From the human T2T-CHM13v2.0 reference genome, Homo sapiens: a stretch of 64,000 nt of DNA. The stretch lies in assembly GCF_009914755.1 (NCBI RefSeq), contig NC_060936.1. The stretch is one strand, 5' to 3'. A program made the translations under genes and the position numbers. A model generated the notes under the pieces. It was given only the letters and a program-made list of their open reading frames with translations, was not told the origin of the DNA and ran no database searches. Below are positions 1-13,899 of this stretch, piece after piece. Position 1 is the stretch's first letter. Every line of letters begins with the position of its first letter.

Positions 1-57
1 ATCAACAAGTCATGAAAGTAAGCCCTCCTCTCTCCGGGTTAAAATATAATTGGACTT

Positions 58-536
<479 letters not shown>

Positions 537-813
537 TTATACCTTAGTTAATTTAATGCACAAACTTCTAAATATTACTTGTACGTCAGCTGTTTCAAAT
601 TGTTCTGAGCCCAAAAGATGGAATTTCTTATTCATAGATAGGAAAAGAAGGAATGGGGATAAGTGGATAGAAGGGTTACGCCAAGGCTATAATTAAATTT
701 TTGCAGGAAACACCAAGGAGCTACTCCATAAGAGGGAAACAGTGTTCTACCTTTCAAATTACTTTCTTTTGAAGTACATTGTAAGCCCAGAAGGAAGTTT
801 AGTTATAACCCTA

Positions 814-1188
814 TGATATGGTTTGGCTGTGTCCCCACCCAAATCTCATCTTGAATTGTAGCACCCATAATTTCCACAGGTCATTAGAGGGACTGGATGA
901 AAGGTAGTTGAATTATGGGGCTGGTTACCTCCATGCTGTTCTCATTATAGTGAGTGAGTTCTCACAAGATCTGATGGTTTTACAAGGGGCTTCCCCCTTT
1001 GCTCGGCTCTTCTCCTTCCTGCCACCATGTGAACAAGGAAACATTTGCTTCTGCCTTCAACATGATTGTAAGTTTCCTGATGCCTCCACAGCCATGTGGA
1101 ACGGTGAGTCAATTAAACCTCTTTTTTTTAAACAAATTAACCAGTCTCAGGTATACCTTTATTAGCCGTGTGAGATCAAACCAATACA
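814..1188 (+). mobile_element. THE1C/D-like MaLR solo LTR
   Basis: TGATATGGTTTGGCTGTGTCCCCACCCAAATCTC start, ATTAAA signal, ends AATACA. Confidence 0.9.
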
Positions 1189-1825
1189 CCCCCAAATATT
1201 CATAGCAAAATCCAACTCCAGGCATGACCCCCATCCATGGTGAAATCATATTACCACTTTTCTTTTGCTTAATTTTGGATAGAAATGGGCACATTTGTCC
1301 TTAGTATATCACATAAAAGTGGATATGGATACATAAAAATACGGATATATCGAAAAGATTCTAAACAAGAAAGGAATTTGTGCATATTATTTTTTCCTAA
1401 GTGAGATAGGCAGATATCCTGGGGTGAAATCTCGGTGACCTTAATTTTCATATCTTGCTTAAAACAACAGTTATAATTTATTATTTTCATCTATTACTAT
1501 GAGAAGAAAATATTAACACATTTGTGTTTCAGGAATTTCAGGCTTATTTGTTTATTTTCCCAATGATATTCATAGCACTTTCCCACTACCAACTTCTAGA
1601 TTTGCTCCTAGAATATGGATGGAAATAAAGGGAAGTCAGAAACCTTCTTTCAGGAACCCAGGAACCCACTGAATACAGGGCAAGAAAAACAGGCTTAAAG
1701 AATTTGTCATGAGAAAGAGAAAATGGTTTTCTTACTTCATACAACATTAGCAGTTAAATCTAAAATCCTGAACTACAAATTATTTCAACTTTACCACAGA
1801 AATCTTCATCAAGAACACTCTATTT

Positions 1826-2723
1826 TAAATCTACAAGAAAACAACAACAACAACAACAACAAAACATTAACAAGTGGACAAAGGGCATGAACAGATACTT
1901 TTCAAAAGAAGACATTTAGGCAGCCAACAAACATATGAACAAAAGCTCAACATTACTGATCATTAGAGAAATACAAATCAAAACCACAACGAGATAGCAT
2001 TTCACATCAGTCAAAATGGCAATTATTAAAAAGTCCAGAAATGACAGATGCTGGCGAGGTTGCAGAGAAAAAGAAACACTTTTACACTGTTGGTAGGAGT
2101 GTAAATTAGTTCAACCATTGTGAAAGACAGTGTGGGGATTCCTCAAAGATCTAGAGGCAGAATACCATTTGGCCCAACAACCCCATTACTTGGTATATAC
2201 CCAAAGAAATGTAAATCATTCTGTTATAAAGATACATGCATGCATATGTTTATTGCAACTCTTCACAATAGCAAAGACACGGAATCAACACAAATGCCCA
2301 TTAATGATAGACTAGATAAAGAAAATATGATACATATACACGGTGAAATACTATGCACCCATAAAAAGGAATGAGATTATGTCCCTTGTAGGGACATGGA
2401 TAGAGCTGGAAGCTGTTACCCTCAGCAAACTAACAAAGGAACAGAAAATCAAACACTGCATGTTTTTACTTATAAATGGGAGTTGAACTATGAGAACACA
2501 TGGACATATGGTGAGAAATAACACACATTGGGGCCTGTCCAAGGAAAAGGGTGGGAGGAGGGAGAACATCAGTAAGAATAGCTAATGGATGCTTGGCTTG
2601 ATACCAAGATGAGATGGGTTGATCTGTGCAGCAAACCACCATGGTACACATTTACCTACGTAACAAACCTGCATGTCCTGAACATGTACCCCTGAACTTA
2701 AAATAAAGGTTGAAGGATAAAAA
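1826..2723 (+). mobile_element. L1 3' fragment (L1PA13-L1PB age)
   Basis: ORF2 C-terminal remnant and 3'UTR ending ACATGTACCCCTGAACTTAAAATAAAGG; internal (CAA)n. Confidence 0.92.
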
Positions 2724-3029
2724 GACCATAAACCAGTCCTTGGAGCATAAAGAAAAAAAAAGGAATATTCTGTTGTGTCTTAAAATTCAATAAACAGCAC
2801 ACATCATAACCTTGTTCAAATGCATATTTTTTTCTTGGTTAATGTATAGGTTCAGAATTGGAAAACATAATTAAATTGTACCATATCAAGTACTTTCAAG
2901 TATTTTCAAATCCAAATTTGAAGAGAATTTGAATCAATCTATTAGTTTTTTAGCCCTGATTCTTTGCATTATTTTTAGTGATTGCTTTTGAATGACAACA
3001 TACATCTTTATCTTCTCACAGTCTTCTTA

Positions 3030-3690
3030 GAATTAATATTAAGCCACTTCACATAAAATAAATTTTCCATTATATAAGTCCCCTCACCTTTATCTTCTGT
3101 CCTTTATGCTGTAATTGTCATATGCATTCCTTACATTTTCATACAGCAAAAATCTTATATACAATATTATAACTTTTCCTTTAAGCAGTCATATATATAT
3201 ATATACACATATATATATACATATATATATGAAATTAAGAATAAAATGTAATTTTGTGTTTATCCAGTTTTCTGTACTGTTCTTTATTCCTTCCTCAGGA
3301 TCATAGAGTTTCCATCACTATCATTTCCCCTAATACTGAATGATTTCTTTTAGCATTTTTTGTAGCACAGGTCTGCTGGTAATTAATTCTCATTTTTTTA
3401 ATCAGAAAATGTTGTTATTTTGCTCTATTTCTTGAAGGATATTTAGATTTTATTCTGGGTCTAGAATTCTAGGTTGAAGTTTTGGTCTTTCAGTAAGTTC
3501 TTGCACTGTCTTCTGGGCTTCATTGTTTTTGCAGATAGGATTTTGATTGCTGTTTTACTGTTTGTGTTATTTTTCCTTAGTTGCTTTTAAGATTTTCTTT
3601 TCAATTTTGATTTCTAGCAGATTGACTATGATGAGCATAGGTGTGGTTTTCTTTCCATATGTCCTTTTTGAATGCACTGAACTTGTTATT
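3030..3690 (-). mobile_element. Old L1M fragment
   Basis: T-rich antisense L1-type sequence (TAGAATTCTAGGTTG, TTGCTTTTAAGATTTTC). Confidence 0.6.
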
Positions 3691-4938
3691 TTAGTTTATT
3701 TATTTCATATAAAATGGGTAGCTTCTCTCCTCAAACGAGGCAAATTCACTAAGAAAATTGAGGTGTCTGGAGATATCTTAATCAAAGAAAAGGTAACTTT
3801 ATGACAGAATAGAATAAAAGATTATTCCAAAAACATTGATGACACATCAGATAATAGAAGTGATGTATTTGGGGAAAGGAAACCAAAAAAAATATTTTAC
3901 CGGAACTCAAACCAGGTTTGAATTACTCCATTTTTCTATACTGTTGATCACCCATGCTATATTGTGGAAGAATATTAAAACTAAAGACACAAAACAGCAC
4001 TGAACATGGAAGAGAGGGGGAAGCCAGTGCAGAATTTTTGCAACAAACAAGAAAAAATTCAGCAAAAAGGGTTATTTTAGAAAATGATACTGTTTGTGTT
4101 GCCTAATAACATAAGCTAATTTTAAAAAGGGTTCTGACATCTAAAATTAAAATGGCAGGCCCTTTATACAGAATTGGGCAAGTATCTTGAATATTATCAA
4201 ACATATTTAAAGAAGCATTCTTTATTTGGGGTGCCATCTTTATTGCCCCCAGCATAATTAGCTATGGTGGAAAATAAGGTAAAGCATTTTAACAATCTAC
4301 GAGAGTTTCATGAACGCAACTTCTTTAGTAATACCTATTAGTTTATCAATAGAAAAGCACTTTCTGATCACCTGTTTACACACAATTCCTGCTGCTGAGT
4401 CATTTACACATTAAAGAGTGCATTGATGTAGGTTGACAGAAACAACCAACTGATCAACCTGAACAAGTGTTTGCATTCAATAATAATTTATATTATGCAT
4501 AAGCAAAGGTAGGTGCACTCATGATGGGGTGGCAGATAGAAAGACTAGCAATTTCTTGTTTAGACAGAAAGACCTGACAAGGAAGAGCTCATTAGGGTCT
4601 CTGGAGAGTGGCTGACAACTGAGGAGCTGTCGGCTCTGTCAAAAGACCTTTGAAAATAGTTCTTGTTTTTGAATCAGTATCTTCTGAATCACCAGCAGGG
4701 TGCCAGAATCACATTGTTTGCCTCCTTGCCTAGTTCCTTACCCTTCAGTGCTATTAGAATTTGCCCAAAGCCTTAGCTGCCTTCAAAACTTTTTTGCTTT
4801 AGTCTGCATGCTCACAAACAAACTGGAGTCTATTTTCTCAGATATCCCTTTATTTTTCCTTGCTTCTATTTCAGCTAATTACTGTCAGACTTTGCTTTGA
4901 TATATGCAGCTACTGAGAATATGTGATTGTGTGTGTAA

Positions 4939-4939
<1 letters not shown>

Positions 4940-4972
<33 letters not shown>
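4940..4972. repeat. (CA)n microsatellite
   Basis: About 16 CA units. Confidence 0.97.
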
Positions 4973-4974
<2 letters not shown>

Positions 4975-5439
4975 GACTAACCTTGACTTTGTGTCTATGA
5001 ACAAAAGGAAGATGGTAGGAATAGAGAACTGGACTTGGAAAAGGACTGATTCAAATAACTGCTATTGAAAAACAAAAACAAAACTCAATCCAAACCAAAA
5101 GTCCCTGCATACAGGTCCGGTCTAGGTAACACACTTTGATGAACTGCCTCTCGGACTTTTTCTGCTTAGGCATAGCAGATTCTAATTTTCCATCCTGGAA
5201 TAAGGATGTAATTCAAGATAAAAACGTGCTAGCCCTCAGCACCACCATTCCCAGATCTTCCTGTGCACTCCTCTCCCTGCCCCCAACACACACACCGGTA
5301 TCATCCTCACAGCAGTATTTCCCTCAACTCCACCCTCTGTTTCCAGCATTGTTTATACCAGCACTTATCAGAGGTAGGAAGGAACATGTTCATAAATATA
5401 TGTTTATGTACCTTTTTATGTGTGGGGAAAATCCATTAA

Positions 5440-5600
5440 TAACAGCTAGCATAAACGGCATAAGAATGATTATCCCCACTTTACAGTAAGGCAGGCTGAG
5501 AAATGTTTATCACTGGTTCAAGGGTGTATGGTCAATAACGGACAGTCTAGATTCCTCCTACTCAGATCTGACTCCCAAGCCTTTGTTTCATCTTAACCAA
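5440..5600 (-). mobile_element. MIR fragment
   Basis: TATCCCCACTTTACAG..GGCTGAG and TCTGACTCCCAAGCC core motifs. Confidence 0.65.
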
Positions 5601-5859
5601 CATGCTAGCCTGTCACCCCTGAAGCCAGCCTCTCTATCTTTGGTTGGTGTTTGCAGCCTCTCTGGAAATTACAAGATGTATGGAACCTTAACTCCCAAGG
5701 CTCAGAGTAGTTCAATAATCCCTCTTGGTAACTCTACCACTGCTGCATTAATTCCTTTAATGAAATCACAAAACCTCTGGTGTGTGTAGTTACCCTGATT
5801 TTCTTCAAGATCTGACTGCTTCGGAAGTGTGATGGTGGTTGGGTCACTGATTAACCTGA

Positions 5860-5950
5860 AACAGGTATTATCATCATCTCCATTTTATAGTGAGGAAATT
5901 GAGACTTACTGGAGTTGAGTACAGTCAAGATCAAACTCAAGGTCTATTTG
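5860..5950 (-). mobile_element. MIR fragment
   Basis: CTCCATTTTATAGTGAGGAAATTGAG core. Confidence 0.7.
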
Positions 5951-6199
5951 TCAACAAATCTCCTTGAGAATGGGAAACTTATCTTTGTATTATCTAGAGT
6001 TCTAGTCACACCCAATACACTTTTTCACTTGAATTGCCCTAAATAACTCCTTTCAGTATAACCTCTTTCCTGTGCCAGCTCTCTCACACTGAGCAGGACC
6101 TTCTAGTGTGCTCCAACATTCTGATCTCAACATGATCTCAAAATCCCCTTTATTTTCTTCTGTAACAAGTCATAATCCCTAAAAGAAGAAAGAAACATA

Positions 6200-6660
6200 T
6201 TATAAAGATTTGGATTTGTTTTTTATTTTTTAATAGAATAACCACTTTCCCAGGGATGTGGGTAGGGTTAAGAGCATCACGCTAGAAAGAGAAGACTCAA
6301 GTGCCCAGGAATTAGCAACAATTGGGAATCTATAATAGCCTGCTGGACCTAAAGAGGCAAGAAAAGGATGGTATTAACGGAACCATTAACGGAGAGCTGG
6401 AGCCTTGGTAGCAGGGCTGTCTGACAGGAACAGTGGTTGAAGGAAAATGGAGTCACTCTCAAGGGTGGTGAAGCAGGAAGAGAAGAGAGGGAATAAATAC
6501 TGTAATCTCTCTCTTCCCATTCTTCAGTCAACTGCTGGGCCTTCCATTAGCTGAATCCAACTAGGAGCCCAAGTACAAGGGAACTAGGGTGATTTAGGGT
6601 GCAAAGCAAGACAGAAAGCAAGGCAGAAAGAAAATGTATCTAGAGGGAAAAACAGAGAGC
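6200..6660 (-). mobile_element. Ancient ERVL LTR (LTR33-like)
   Basis: CCTTCCATTAGCTGAATCCAACTAGGAGCCC resembles the reverse-strand LTR33 motif. Confidence 0.5.
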
Positions 6661-6669
6661 CACCATCTA

Positions 6670-7150
6670 CCTCCCATCAATGCAACTCCTTAATACATAT
6701 CAAAGAGAAATGAGTGTGTATAACTACCAAACCACATGCACAAGAATGTTAATAACAGCTTTATTTAAAATAGTCTAAAATGGAAATAACCCACATGTAC
6801 CTCAACAGTAGAATGAATACATTGTGGTATATTCATAGAATAGAAGAGCACAGAGCAGTGAAACAGAATAAGCTACTCATAAGTGCAACAAGATGAATGA
6901 ATCTCACTGATACTACATGATGTTTAAAAGCCAAACACAAGACTACTACTGAATGATTGCATTTATAAAAAGTTCTAAAATAGGTAAAAACCAACTTGTG
7001 GTGATAGAAGTCAGAATAGTGTTTACCTCTTGGTGTATGTGGGAAGGGAGATAGTGCTGTGTATTGACTGGGAAGGGGCAGGAAAAAGCTTGTGGGTGGT
7101 GGTCACTTGGGTTTAGAAATATGTAAAAATTCATTGAATAAACAGTTAAC
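6670..7150 (+). mobile_element. L1ME-type 3' end
   Basis: TTGTGGTATATTCATAGAATAGAA, ATGAATGAATCTCAC, GATAGAAGTCAGAATAGTG. Confidence 0.8.
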
Positions 7151-9949
7151 ACAGGTTTACTTCAGGCAAGTTGTATCTCACTTCTAGCAACAATAACAAT
7201 GACCATTACTGTTATTCTTACCCTGCATGGAGCAAAGTCATCCAGAATTGAGTTGTCTGCTGGGTGATAATAGCAAGTAATAAACTTAATCAAAATAAAC
7301 TCTTCGGGTTTGTAAACTGTGTATTTCTCATCGATGACAAAAATGAAAACATGACTAAGATGCAAATGACGAAGGCAAAAACAATTTCCTCTTCAGAAAA
7401 CAATTGAACAAGGAATTCAAAGAAGCCCTTTTGGAAACACAAGAAGACTGTCAGTAGCATTAATATTTTGGGGAGGGCAGGACTTTGAGGCCCTCAAGAT
7501 CATGCCACGCTGGCTGGTGCCTGTGTTAAGTCTGGTTCACATCACTGTCCTAAAATGTTGCTATGTCACATGGGGTTAAAGCCTTAAAGAACTATGACAG
7601 ATAATCCATTTTTATGAAAAGTGGCCAGAAATATTGCGTGACTGATTTTCAAACATAATTTATTTTTTCTTGGTAAATTGAGTAGAACATAGAATTGAGT
7701 GAAATCACACAAACCCACCTGGCTTGCTGTTTTCTCATTTACTACTAAGTCGGTTTTCAATGCACTAGTTATTAATATTTGTAAATAGGAGCTCCAATTA
7801 CATGGCATTTTAATATCCTGACCCATAGATAAGAATTTAACAGATCTCTTTGCTATGATGCTATCTCAGTGGGCCTGATCCTATGGTGAAGAAGCCCTAC
7901 CCTGGGAATAAATTGTTCCCCATAAAAGTGGAATTAACGTTTCTAAGCACCATGGCTCCATTGTGTAAATTGTTTCTCCATGGTATTCCACTGGGCTGCC
8001 AAAGATCAGCGTATAGAATTGAAACACAATAGAAAGGATGACTGGATTTCAGGATAACTAGATCTGGAATGAAGATCCAGGACAACTAGATTCAGAAGCA
8101 AAAATTCCAAAGATGGCCTCAAGACCAAAAGGGAATTTAGGGCTACTATTTGTGTGGAATGTGCATACTTCATGTCTCCAGGGCCACAGTAGCTTATAGA
8201 TTCATCATATACAGTACTTCTCTGGTATTTCCACCATATATGAAAACTCCAGCCCAAATTTCTGTCAAATTCACATGGGAGTCCCCAAAAGTCATCTCGT
8301 ATGTATTCTGTGAACAAACCCGCAAGGTTACTACATGTTGTTCACCACTTTCCTCCTTTCCCACCCAGCTCAAGCTGGGTGTGTCTCTTGTTAGGCCAGC
8401 ATTGCTCTCCAGAGCTCTACATCTGTGTTGAGGCCCTATCTTCAACCAGTGGCTGGATTGTCACCAAATATTTTTGCTGATGCCTTAGTGCTGTCTCAAT
8501 GTCAGAGAGATTTCAGTGAAACTGCTGTCAGTTTAGGGATTTTTTAGCTTCTCATAAAATATATGATCCATTAAAAAGAGTAATAATACCTTTAATAAAT
8601 AAAATAAACAACTTGTACCTACCATTCAGCTTAGAAAATAAATCATCACCATAGCTTTGTAGATTCCTCTACATCCCTGAACTCCTTCCTCTGTTCCCAG
8701 CGTTTATAACTAAACCTCATCTAGGACATACTATTTGAGGTTTTGTTGATTTTTGGAATTAAGCAAGATCTTTATTTTTTTTCCAAAAAAAGGTCATTTG
8801 GGGCAAAACTGGAGAGGAGTTTAGACTGGAGCAACAGGAAGGTGGGTGGGGCAGCTTTTCCCAAGCAGGGATCCCAATAGTGCCACTACAATTCCCAATA
8901 GCCTAGGGCCAGCGCACAGGCAGAGAAGCCAAGTCTGGTACTCTGGTGCTGAGCCTAAAACCTTAAAGTAGACATAAATGCTCCCAAGTCAGTGGTATCT
9001 CCTGGCTACTTATAAAAGCAGAGGCAGAAGTAGAAGCAAACCATCTCTGGAGAAAAGATATTTTAATTTAGGTACATGGAGATTATATGTATTAAAATCA
9101 GGCAGTAAATTCAGATGCAAAGAACAGCAAGTACAGTCAAAGAATACACAAGCAACCATGGGTGAACATCAACAAAAATGATAAATAATAGCTAGAGATA
9201 GTGCACCTTTGAAGGACTGTAGATACTGAAATTATTAGGTACAGGATATAAAACAGATATATATGAAATATTTGAAGAAATTAAGGACATAAAAAAAGTA
9301 ATTAAGCACAGGGATTTTCAATTTTCTGAAAGAGCCTAAACCCGGAGTTTTTAATCCTTTTTTTGAGTGGGAATTTTTTAACTACTTTTTTAATTCCATT
9401 AATCCTTTAGAACACTCAATTTCTATATATTTATAGAATTATACATACATAGAAATAGAAATATATAAAAATATACATCTATATTAAAATATATCATATA
9501 AATACATGGAGACATATCATATATTGAATATATATTTATATTTTTATTAATATATAGAAATTGAATGTTCTAAAGGATTAATTAAATAATCCCTAAGATT
9601 ACAGCTATAATAATTGTATTGCTCTCCAATATGCCTGTGTTATCTGTTTCCAAATGTGTTAACATAAAGTTGTTCATATTTTCATTAAATTTAACCTTGC
9701 AGCATTTTTAGTTACCTTTTTTTTTCAGTCATAACATTGTGGCTTTTTTCCTCCTTTTTTTTAACTCAAGCTTGTAAGAATTTTATTTTGTTTTCCCACT
9801 GAATTAAAATTTTGTTTTGTTGGTCCTCTCTATCAAATGTTTATGTCTTATTTTATTTCTGCCCTTCCCTTTGTTATTTTCATCCTATACTTGCTTTTGG
9901 CTAATTCTGTTGCCACCTTTGAAACTGTGCGATGAATGATTCACCCGGT

Positions 9950-10682
9950 ATTAGGTTCCACATCTACTTTCCTAGCCTCTACTTTGTGATGATGGTTCTG
10001 AAGACAACATGTCTCCTTTGTCAGAAGGCTTACTATTAATTTCCATCAATAGGAAGAACTAGGGGAAGAGTAAATGGCAGGAGAAGGGGAGAAGGAACTT
10101 GTTCATTTCTGCTTGTTTATTTTTTCCCATCAGATCACCCCACTTTGGCCTTTTACCCTGGCAGCAGCTGTTAATTACAGCTTTCAGATCATCGGGCCAT
10201 TCCCACTAACAGAGTCATTGTGCCCCTTCACGACCACCAGCTGCAGAGCCCACTCATTATGTGTCTGCATCTCAACATCACAGGACCTCTTCCCAACTTC
10301 TGAGGTACCAGCACTAGCTGGTAGCTCCTCACTTCAGAGGTTAGGCCCCCATTGTGTGAGACCCTCCCTCCAAGCTCCTGAGATTTCAGTAGCAGCCTCC
10401 TTGGAGGTAGGTAACACCCTCCTTGGAATTCTGAGTCCTAAATCTTTGGGCCCCTCTATGAACCTTGTAAGTTTTGATCAGCTTCCCAATGAGCTTCCTG
10501 ATCTCAGCTTCCTTTCATTCCTCCAGCCTGAGGGGAGGTAGCAGCTTTTTGTAATGATCTCTTCTAATGTTCTCATTTTCCTTTTCAGTTCCCCATCATC
10601 TGATTAACAAATTCCCTATATGAAATTATCTCTGTTGAAATACCTCGTGGGGTTTGTTCCCCTGAATGGACCCCAAGTGATA
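9950..10682 (+). mobile_element. Ancient ERVL LTR (LTR33/LTR41 group)
   Basis: Typical terminus CTGAATGGACCCCAAGTGATACA; explains the 155-aa ORF. Confidence 0.5.
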
Positions 10683-11088
10683 CAGGTTGAACATCTGTTA
10701 TCCAAAATGCTTGGGATACTCAGCCTGTTTTACTGTTAGATTTTGGAAGTGCTTAGGATTTTGGATTTTTTGGGCGCAGGGAGGTTGGAATATTTGCATA
10801 CATATATTGAGATATTATGGGGATAGGATCCAAGACTAAACCAAAAATCACTAATGTTTTATATATACCTTACATATTAATATATAGCCAAAGGTAATTT
10901 TATACAATATTTTAAATAATGTTGGGCATGAAGCAAAATTTTGATTGCATTTTGACCGTGACCTATCACATGAGGTCAGATGTGGAGCTTTCTACTTGTG
11001 GAGCCATTTTGACACTCAAAGCTTCAGAACTCAATCAGTTTTTTAGCAGTTTGGATTTTGGATTTTCAGATTAGGTCAGCTCAACCTG
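10683..11088 (+). mobile_element. Tigger4b/MER46-type DNA transposon MITE
   Basis: TA|CAGGTTGAACATC ... GCTCAACCTG terminal inverted repeats; GGATTTTGGATTTT internal repeats. Confidence 0.85.
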
Positions 11089-11599
11089 TGTAAATGCTAA
11101 AGTTTATTTCTTTCCATTCTTTTTTCTATTATAAACATCTAAGGATTATGTTAGAGTCTTTGTTCTTGCTCCTTTTTTGTCACACCTGTATAGCAGAGGA
11201 GAATCTGGGACTGTGTCTCTCAGAATAATCTTCGCCATATGTCCTATGTTTGGATTTGGATTAGAGCTTCTCTCTTTCTTTAAGAAGTAAGGCTATGACT
11301 AGAAGAGTGGACATGGGCCTGATAGAGAATTCACAGCTTCTTTTGGGAGAGCTCCTTTTATTCAGCACTTCAGGTAGCCAAATTATTCGATGGGAGCTTC
11401 CTGGATGTTTTTGAGATTTTTATAGACTCCTGTGAAAGCCCCTGAGAATAAACTAAAATTTCTTTTTATTTGGTTTTTTAAAATTGTCTTTTGGTACATT
11501 TGCTTAACTAATTCTTAAGCCACACTTAACCAGTTCTTTGGGGTCACCTCATGTTTCCCACTGAAGTTTAATTACAGTAAGATAAACTGATTGACATAT

Positions 11600-11780
11600 G
11601 TTTTGCTTTTTCTTTGTTAGATGACTCAAAACTGAGGCTAATTATCAGAATAACCACAGGAGATTTTAAATACACAGATGTCTGAGCCTCATTCCTGAAG
11701 CTGGGTTCAGGTAAATACATATATTTAAAGTTCTTCAGATGAATTTGAATGATCAATCTTGTTTTGGAACCTCTGCTCTG
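11600..11780. mobile_element. MER5-like hAT fragment
   Basis: ATCAGAATAACCACAGGAGATTTTAAATACACAGATG ... TTTGGAACCTCTG. Confidence 0.55.
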
Positions 11781-12384
11781 GCTTCTACCCTTTAATCCAT
11801 CTGTTATCTTGTGATCTTAAGATCCAGCCTATGTTTTTCTCCCTTACTTGTTTTTCTCCTTCTTGGGCCCCAGAATCAAAATACACTTCACAAAGTCATT
11901 TGTAAGCTAGTGCTTCAGAAAGCAGGATTTAAAAACTCCTCCTGCCAGACATCATTCCCGAAAACAAGGATCACTTATTTTGAATATGATGTCCCTAACC
12001 ATGTTTATTTCAGAATGACTGATAATGGTAGGCTCTGTGAGAACATGATGGACTATGTATTTCGATTTTATAAATGCAGAGTAAGTCAAGAATGCCAAAT
12101 GGCAATGTCATAATCCTTCTGTTCTCTGCCAACCTATTACCTTATGGACTCAAATATGTCGCTCTTGAAGCAGATGGCTCTCACCGCTCTCCAGGTTATT
12201 ACATAAGGAGATGAGGTGCAGTGGACTGAGTTTGCCTGATTTCCAGGAAGACTAGCACAATGCATGTAATAAGCTCCTGGGTGTAGGAAGACAACTGAAT
12301 TCAGAACCAGGCATGTCTGGATTTAAATCTTAGCTCTGCCTCTTTCTGATGATGAGAACTTCAGCAATATGTGATGTTCACTTC

Positions 12385-12565
12385 ATATATGTGGAACAGT
12401 GCAATATTTGTCCTTTGGTATCTGGCTTCTTTCACTTAGCATAATGTCTTGAAGGTTTATATATATTAGCAAGTGTTAGCATTTTCTTTTTAATTGAATA
12501 ATATTCCACTATATATATAAATCACATTCCGTCTTCACATTCATCTGGCAATGGACCTTTAGGTA
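12385..12565 (-). mobile_element. Old L1M 3' fragment beside a MIR
   Basis: TCTGGCTTCTTTCACTTAGCATAATGTC. Confidence 0.75.
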
Positions 12566-13899
12566 TTCATCACAACTCTTAACTTTATTTTACTGTACTT
12601 TTTTAGGTTATCTGTCTGTCAATTTACTCTCATATTTGCACATCAATATCACCTTCTTTAATCTTAAATATACATGAATATCTAACAACAGAAGCAATCA
12701 TTTTTGGCCAACTATAGGGCCATACATCGAAAAAGAGATAATTTTTACTTCCTTTCCTTGTTTAAAATTTTGGAGACTCAAATTCAGGAATTTCTTGCAT
12801 CCTGAAAGCTTTTGACACTGAGTATAGTATACTTAAAGCCAGTATTTCTCACATGTCTATGTCAGAAGCCCTTGGTCTCTCAGCATCCCATAGAAAGGCA
12901 TATGTAGACAAAGTCTGGCTGTATGGACTGAGGGCTTTTCTTCAAGAGAAGAGCCTGTTCCTTTCCATTCTCTTTTCTTTCACACCTCCTATGAGAGGAG
13001 CCTTCCAAATGGGTTAGAAAGGATGTCATCTGAGCTTGGGCACCATCTTGATTCTTAACGTTAAATGAGTTGCTCAAGGAAACTCAATTTGGCCTTCATT
13101 CTCTTGTCTGTAAAAATAGAGATGATAATATCATGTTTGTATGTTTATTGTAAATTTGAGTATTATGTATATAAAGCAACTGGCAAAGAGAAGGTACACA
13201 GTGAGAGACTTACTTTTTTGAGATTTTTTATTTTAAAAAATTCCTCCTAAGTTTATTTCTGAATGTCATTTTCTCTGAATTAAGGAGGCCACCTGATATG
13301 ATTTAATGTAAGCACAGGTTAGAAATCCTTTTTCAGGAACCCATAAAAGTGATTATTATAACACGAAGCATACACAGACTGAAATCCCAGTCTGTAAAGG
13401 GATAATGCTTATCTGATTTTGCTTTCTCAAGGCACTGGGATCTTGATTGGCAGCCCAGCTGAGTTCAACCCATTTAGGTATCTAAAAATATAAATATATG
13501 AATATGTGCATGTTGTGGAGTTGGAGCGAGCCATAGGACTTTAAAAGAAGGCAAAATAATTTGATAAAAATTACTGAACCCACTCACTGAAATGCGAACT
13601 ATATGAGAATATTTAAACAACAATTTTAAGTATACTTACATAAAACAAATGACAAATAATAATAGGGAATTGAGAGTCATTTCCATTTTCACTCCTGAAC
13701 AGGAATTAGTAAAATGACAACAATAGCCAAGGGAATAATTCAAGTACAATATGCCATCTTTTACATCCTGCTGAGTATTTTGTATGTCCCGCATCCCTGT
13801 CCCAGCCAGGCAGGTGGTGTTTTCTTGAATTAGAACCCTTACATTGTTTCAGTTTTTGAACTGTTCACGTTTGCCTAAGCAGTTTTCAGCAGATTGTTA

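Noticed and set aside
10074-10541. 155-aa ORF
   Set aside because: Lies within an LTR-like repeat; no recognisable domain
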